Shown here one piece after another: positions 59,301 through 64,000 of a DNA stretch of 64,000 bases. A program made the translations under genes and the position numbers. Below the pieces are notes generated by a model. That model made no database searches and was not told the origin of the DNA. It saw nothing but the letters and a program-made list of their open reading frames with translations. Source of the DNA: Cenarchaeum sp. (lineage in GTDB: Archaea; Thermoproteota; Nitrososphaeria; Nitrososphaerales; Nitrosopumilaceae); NCBI GenBank assembly GCA_965242695.1, contig CBDESU010000001.1:832001-896000 (forward strand), written 5' to 3'. Numbering within the stretch: the first letter of the stretch is position 1; the number at the start of each line of letters is the position of its first letter.

Positions 59301-62300
59301 CTGTCGGGCAACGCGCTTGAAGGGATAACCGGCGAGCCCGTATCGATCGGTCGGTTCGAGGTTGGCGGGAGCGGAGGTGGAGGCGGATCCGGCGCGAGTC
59401 CAAACCAGCAGGGCGGCACCGGCCCGCCCTTTTCGGCCTCGTCGCCGCGCCTTGGGGCAGAGCCCGCCGGCGGCGCCTCGACCTCGTTCGAAAAGATTCC
59501 AGGCGGGATTGGCGGGCTCGGGCCCGTGGGCGGGGACGGGAACGGCGGCCCGGCGCCGCTCTATGCCTTTGGCTTCCCGCCGGTCCTGGCAGCCCAGTCG
59601 CCCGTCCGGCTCGACCTGAACACGGGGGTGCTGGAGGTGGAGTTTGCCCTCTACACCTTTATCGACATGCAGGACGTAGACCTTTCGGGCATCGAGATAC
59701 ACGGCGACGGCGTCCGAGTGTCCCTTGGGGGGGCATCCCTCGACCTGACCGGCGCCGACATGGTCGGCAATGGATTGTATGCCACGACAGTGGTCGTCAA
59801 CCTCACCGCTGCCCAAAAGGCCGCCGCCGTCGATGCAGGCAGCGGCGCGCTCATCGACATTCCGTACGGCGCGTTCACCGACGGAGATCCGTTCGCCGGC
59901 GTCGTGGGCGAGCGGATCGCCATAACGAGCGACACGACTCCGCCGGCCCTGCTCGCCAATACCACCTCGCTCGACCTGGGAACCGGCAGGCTCGTACTCG
60001 CGTTTGACGAGCACATTGCGGCGCCGTCGGCCGTCAGCCCGGCCGACTTTGACATCCTGCCCGGCGGCGATTCTGCATCGCGCGTAAACCTCGACGACTC
60101 CAGGTCGATCACCGCGTACAACGGCACCGTTGAAATCGTCCTGTCCGCCTACCAAAAGGCACTGGTCGTCGGCGCGCGCGGCGGCCCGTCCTCGGCGGCC
60201 GCGGGCAACGCATCGGTCAGTACCACGGTTGCCGGCGCCGTGCGCGACGCGTCGGGCAACGCCCTGCCGGCCGTGGATGGCCTTTCCGTCAACACCCTTG
60301 CAGACGGCGCGGCGCCCGTGCTTGCCGCGGCGCCCGTCCTAAACCTAGGCACCGGCACGCTCACGCTAGACTTTGACGAATATGTCGGCACCGACGCCGC
60401 GGCCGGGATAGTGCCGGCGCAGGTCAGCGTGACGGCGCCGGGCGCCTCGCCATCCTCCTGGCAGCCGCAGTCGCTTGCGACGGCCGAGAACGGCACGCGC
60501 CTCCAGTTCGCGTTCGGCGATGCGCAGACGGCCGCCCTTCGGCAGGCCAACGCGTCCACAACGGCTCCTCTCGCCCTGGGCGTGGCGGCCGGGGCCGGAA
60601 TTGCCGACCTGTCGGGCAACGCGTTTGAGGCAGCCGCGGCCAACCTGACAACCGTGGACGATGCAACGCCGCCTGCACTCGAGGCCGACACACTCCCCGT
60701 CCTGGATATCGGGCGCGGCACGATAACGATGCGGTTTACCGAGCACATAGAGGCCGGCGGCATCGACATATCGGGTATGGCCATCGAGGATGCGAGCGGC
60801 GCCGCGCGAGTGCACCTGACCGGCGCCGCCGTAAAGCCGCCCGTCGACCCATCATCGCCGTACATTACAGAGGAAGATGCATCCCTTGTCATCACCCTTA
60901 CGGCGGCACAAAAGGGCGCCGTGGCGGCGGCCCAGCTGGCGGCAGGCCCCGTGCGGATCGACGCGCCCCCGTCTGCCATAACCGACGCGGCAGGATTCTG
61001 GTTTGCCGGAATGTCAAACCACCCGCTCGACATCGTGCCAGACACAGTGCCGCCTGCCGTCGCCGACCCGTCGGCCGTCGCCGACCCGTCGGCATCCTTC
61101 CCGCGCCTCGACATGGCCCGCGGCATCCTCTCCGTCCAGTTCGACGAGATCATAGACGCCGGCACGGCCGACCCGTCCGCATTCACGCTGCACTCGCTGC
61201 CAGTCGGCGCCGATGCCGCCGGCCTGGCGCCGACCGCGGTCCTGCTCGGCGCCGCGACCGTCCTGCCGGCCCGAGACGGCGCCGATGCCACCGTGCTGGA
61301 ACTCAAGCTGACGGCGGCCCAGCTTGCCGCCGTGTCGGGACTGGCCGGTTCCGCAGGTGCCCCCTCCGTCAACCTGACTATTGCCGCCAAAGCCGTCCGC
61401 GACGTGTCGGGCAACGCGTTCGAGGCGGCAGACGTGGGACCCATCTCTGCGACCGAAGACGGCTCTTCGCCGTTGCTCGCCGCCGAGCCGGTGCTCGACC
61501 TCAATGCCGGCACCGTCCTAGTACAGTTCAGCGAGTACGTCAACGCAAGCGGCATCGACCTGTCCCGGGTGTCGCTGGTCGGAGTCGAGGCCGAGGCGGC
61601 GCTAGTGCAGCTCGGAAGCGGCGGCGCCGGCGGCTCGGCGCAGTCGTCGGCCCACGGCCAGATCATCGAGAGCGGCGACGGGTCGGTACGCGCATCTGCG
61701 TCCGTCCTGATCAACCTGACCGGCGAGCAAAAGGCGCTCGCCGCGCACGCATCCGCCTCTAGGATCAACATAGGGGAGGGCGCAGTCGACGACCTGTCTG
61801 CCAACGCCTTCGAGGGCATCGACAGGGGCCTGCTGGCAGTCATACCCGACGAGACGGCGCCCGCCCTGGCCGGGAGCGGCACCTACCTAGACATGGGCGA
61901 CGGCGTGCTGCACATAATATTCGACGAGCATGTAGACCCAGCCACGGTGGATCCGTCGCGCATCGTACTGTCCATATCCAGCGCATCGGCCAACGGCTCG
62001 GCTCCCTCCATTGTGAGCCTGGCCGGCGCAGCGCCCCTGCGCTCGACCCTGTACACGGATGATGCATCGATACAGCTTACGGCGGCGCAGCGGGCCGCAG
62101 TCCAGGATGCGATCAATGCGGCCGGCTCGGCCGCCATCGAGATCACAGTCCTGCCAGGCGGCGCCGCATCCGACCTGTCCGGCAACGGCGCCGCGCGCAG
62201 CGCTGCCCCCGTGCAGCTGCGCGCCGACGGGTCGGCGCCCGTCCGTCAGGGCGCCGCCGTCCTGAATCTGGCAAATGGAACTCTGACGTTAAGCTTTGAC

Positions 62301-64000
62301 GAGTACATCGACGCATCGTCTGCAAACGCGTCGGCCATCGCAATAGAAGACCAGGCCGATGGCCAGCGCACTGCCCTTGAGGGCGCATCGCTTGCGGGCA
62401 TCTCCGACTCGGACCGCATCGTCGTCCTGCTCACCCCCGCCCAGCGGGCGGCCGCCCAGGCCGTCAACGCAAGCGCCGGCGGCCCCGTGCGGATCGACAT
62501 TGCGGCAGAGGGCCCCGCGTTCATGGACCTTGCTGGAAACGCATTCGGCGGCGCGTCAAACCTCAACGTGTCGACTACGAACGACTCTGTCGATCCCAAG
62601 CTGGCCGGCACCCCCGTCCTGGACCTAAACGTTGCCAAGGCCACGCTGACGCTGCAGTTCGACAAGCGCATTCCAGCGGGCGCTGCCGACGCCTCTGGGA
62701 TGTACGTGCAGGGCGCCGACGGGACGACCGGCACGACGAGCCTTGCAGGCGCGGCCGTGTCGCACCGGCAGGCGGCAGGCGGCGGACAGGGAACCGACAT
62801 CGTAGTGAGCCTCACAGCGGCCCAAAAGGCGTCCGTCGTAGAGTCGTACCGGGCGACGGATACTCGGGCGGCGACCCTAGACGTTTCCCCGTCCGCCGTG
62901 GAGGATCAGTGGCACAACCGGTTCGCCGGGCGGGCCGCCGAACCGCTAGACGTCACGGCCGACGAGACGCCTCCGGGAATGATCGGCGCTCCCGTGGTCG
63001 ACCTCGGCGCCGGCACCGTGCGCATCGCATTCGACGAGTACGTCCGCGCCTCGAGTGTCAACGCGTCCGCCTTGTCGATCGTGGTGGACGGCACGGCGAC
63101 CTCCCTTGCCGGCGCGCACACGCTCACAAGCGGGGATGGCTTGTCAATCCTGCTTGAAATGACCGCTGACCAAAAGGCCGCCGCCGAGTCCGAGCACAAC
63201 GGGGCAGGATACCTGACCGTCATGGCAGGCGCATCGTTCGTGTCCGACATTGCCGAGAACACGTTCGCATCGGGCGCGCCGGCCGCAAACGCGACCGTGC
63301 GCCTCGACTCTAGGCCGCCGGCGCTCCTGCAGGCGCCGCCGCCGTCGCTCGACCTGGGAACCGGCCGCCTTGTCCTCGTGTTTGACGAGCACGTCGACGT
63401 CTCCGAGGCCAAGCTGTCGACCGCCTCGATCGTCCTGCCGCCCGCGCCTTCGTCGTCCGGCCGTACCCCGCTGCCGGTCGGCCTGTCCGGCGCCTCGGCC
63501 GCCTCAAGCGGCGACGGCCAGCGCGTCGAGATCGAGCTGACCGCGGGCCAGAGGGGCCTCTTGATCGCAGGCGCCGCCGCATCGCCCGGCCACGCGGGCG
63601 CGCAGCTCCGCCTCGGCCAGGGATTCGTCTTGGACCTGGGCGGAAACCCGACCGCGGCCGTCCAGGCGGTCCGCATCGACGTATCCCAGGACGGCGCCGC
63701 CCCGTCGCTGGACCCGGAGGCGCCGCCGACGCTCGACCTTGGCAGCGGCGCGTTGCGCATTGCATTCACAGAGCAGATCGACCCCGCCGTATCCGACCTC
63801 GTGCGCCTGTCGATTACGGCCTCTGCATCTTCCGATGCGCCGCGCGTACAGCTCGCCTCGGCACACGTCGAGCCGCGGGACGGCGGCACTATGACTCTCA
63901 CGCTGCTGCTCACGCGCGACGAAAAGGGATCCCTCCTGGCATCGTCCCAGGGTGGCAACCTGGACGAGGCCCGCCTCTACGTCGGCACCGGCGCATTCTC
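56304..64000 (+). CDS. Giant repetitive surface protein (>2560 aa), 3'-truncated by window edge
   Basis: Absent from the ORF track because it has no stop. ATG 56304 follows CTTATAA; hydrophobic signal segment ending LLPEAHA; many ~120-aa repeats LDL.TG.L...FDE.ID..LTAAQKAA..D.SGN; the same frame is open at the window end. Confidence 0.9.
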   Translation, partial: MTTLPGRSSSPRTGRSAPSAQRRGRVWGTAAGTSRPRLALIGAAAACLAASAAVAATAAVDGGEQGAAPQYGQLLPEAHAHAISGLAVDAYAVGPRQVNVVFAPSLPNVDRLLGTPSISDHRARTQTAYHAGGTTHTITLSGPDMPTDATGSVQMHSGGIHFGVRHNHRLPNSFTIAIHDRQAPHLDTRVTPTLDLSAGTFTFRATEPLVAGPGGTTAAHVGLAGLGSLTSADAVSFRGADVTIDLSTATHERLDRDVRAWPSSKTSTTMKFTTVGLRDITTWHDRVHHGHRGYDLDSGRWWLPMAVVRDTVPPVLTRNPQLDFNTGVLTITLSEPVTYFYMPYLFLEDRNGGSRQHVAGASYPSGLDSTVVPITLSAAQLERLSTMYAASGGLRLDMHRGTVRDAANNPLEGVFDRAIDVTADNVRPALDGGRSPSVDLSRQRITVHFAETMDVSRTDASKIYVSNSTAGSEVPLSDGTVSGRDGRAVTVSFPPATKAMIAERGTALRVGADPDAFRDIQGNGNGRIDPVSATYTRDTSRPGIAWHSPALDLGTGLLTIRATDVIDTDRISPRGFSLHLTDSADAHRSTDLPLAGAGVASTGPYAETMELRLTESQRAAAVSASADGIPSAKVGIRGWAYQDYPEHNHGWYVFGAGSAPVAVTADRVPPQLASDPVLNLDDGTVRLEFDEYIDASGISRSGVDVSVFANGSVSLSAGGRLLPAAEQAGGTLVVLDMTDALEDAVYNAHGNGSTFTLGVPGSAFYDMSGNALAAVTNRTASATAGQADLELASSVLDLGSGELSLEFNRDISAPAPASLSGIVVAGASDGAGRTDMLGLPVNHTGSGVSISLTAAKKADLVAANMSGSLVLSIGPGVFVDEHHHALDSMTNATLAVVGDDDLPAIVGSPKLDPFAGRLSIAFDEYIDMDGVDPGQIALYGGGGGGTIVRLTGNTVLSQADGDELVVALEPLQVLQVHHARRASSEGQLLADVNSSAVHDLSGNALEGITGEPVSIGRFEVGGSGGGGGSGASPNQQGGTGPPFSASSPRLGAEPAGGASTSFEKIPGGIGGLGPVGGDGNGGPAPLYAFGFPPVLAAQSPVRLDLNTGVLEVEFALYTFIDMQDVDLSGIEIHGDGVRVSLGGASLDLTGADMVGNGLYATTVVVNLTAAQKAAAVDAGSGALIDIPYGAFTDGDPFAGVVGERIAITSDTTPPALLANTTSLDLGTGRLVLAFDEHIAAPSAVSPADFDILPGGDSASRVNLDDSRSITAYNGTVEIVLSAYQKALVVGARGGPSSAAAGNASVSTTVAGAVRDASGNALPAVDGLSVNTLADGAAPVLAAAPVLNLGTGTLTLDFDEYVGTDAAAGIVPAQVSVTAPGASPSSWQPQSLATAENGTRLQFAFGDAQTAALRQANASTTAPLALGVAAGAGIADLSGNAFEAAAANLTTVDDATPPALEADTLPVLDIGRGTITMRFTEHIEAGGIDISGMAIEDASGAARVHLTGAAVKPPVDPSSPYITEEDASLVITLTAAQKGAVAAAQLAAGPVRIDAPPSAITDAAGFWFAGMSNHPLDIVPDTVPPAVADPSAVADPSASFPRLDMARGILSVQFDEIIDAGTADPSAFTLHSLPVGADAAGLAPTAVLLGAATVLPARDGADATVLELKLTAAQLAAVSGLAGSAGAPSVNLTIAAKAVRDVSGNAFEAADVGPISATEDGSSPLLAAEPVLDLNAGTVLVQFSEYVNASGIDLSRVSLVGVEAEAALVQLGSGGAGGSAQSSAHGQIIESGDGSVRASASVLINLTGEQKALAAHASASRINIGEGAVDDLSANAFEGIDRGLLAVIPDETAPALAGSGTYLDMGDGVLHIIFDEHVDPATVDPSRIVLSISSASANGSAPSIVSLAGAAPLRSTLYTDDASIQLTAAQRAAVQDAINAAGSAAIEITVLPGGAASDLSGNGAARSAAPVQLRADGSAPVRQGAAVLNLANGTLTLSFDEYIDASSANASAIAIEDQADGQRTALEGASLAGISDSDRIVVLLTPAQRAAAQAVNASAGGPVRIDIAAEGPAFMDLAGNAFGGASNLNVSTTNDSVDPKLAGTPVLDLNVAKATLTLQFDKRIPAGAADASGMYVQGADGTTGTTSLAGAAVSHRQAAGGGQGTDIVVSLTAAQKASVVESYRATDTRAATLDVSPSAVEDQWHNRFAGRAAEPLDVTADETPPGMIGAPVVDLGAGTVRIAFDEYVRASSVNASALSIVVDGTATSLAGAHTLTSGDGLSILLEMTADQKAAAESEHNGAGYLTVMAGASFVSDIAENTFASGAPAANATVRLDSRPPALLQAPPPSLDLGTGRLVLVFDEHVDVSEAKLSTASIVLPPAPSSSGRTPLPVGLSGASAASSGDGQRVEIELTAGQRGLLIAGAAASPGHAGAQLRLGQGFVLDLGGNPTAAVQAVRIDVSQDGAAPSLDPEAPPTLDLGSGALRIAFTEQIDPAVSDLVRLSITASASSDAPRVQLASAHVEPRDGGTMTLTLLLTRDEKGSLLASSQGGNLDEARLYVGTGAF

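Noticed and set aside
61057-61093. 18-bp tandem duplication (AVADPS x2)
   Set aside because: Real but a trivial in-frame slippage in a linker.

Overview
GC-rich archaeal chromosome segment. It is most likely an ammonia-oxidising Nitrosopumilaceae (Thaumarchaeota) of the high-GC, giant-surface-protein, Cenarchaeum-like symbiont type; this assignment is inferred from gene content and is not proven. Housekeeping genes are nadM, an EF-Tu/SelB-like protein, metG, ahcY, fen, tRNA-Ser(CGA), tusA, trxB and thi4. Most have a TATA box 28-30 nt before the start codon, consistent with leaderless mRNAs. Four classes of accessory DNA are interleaved with them. (i) Three giant modular surface proteins (<1-5144, 17260-27249, 56304->64000); the first two share an H-L-T ZU5/GAIN-like putative autoproteolytic domain and a Cys-closed terminal domain. 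(ii) Defence genes: an MmeI-type Type IIL RM gene with a G24 tract, split by an IS630 element; an EcoRV-like R-M pair flanked by a ~140-bp duplication; a Type IIG gene frameshifted at a G13 tract; an MNT-HEPN pair; an AAA+/DUF4143 protein behind a 34-bp x8.5 tandem array; and SRA-like/antitoxin-tail proteins, one coupled to a RelE-like toxin. (iii) An expanded family of very basic double-module zinc-finger genes (6 intact, 4 broken), each with its own conserved promoter cassette and hypervariable loops. This family is the best candidate for an undescribed system. (iv) IS remnants and small duplicated unknown genes. Most long ORFs in the supplied track are GC-driven shadow frames.
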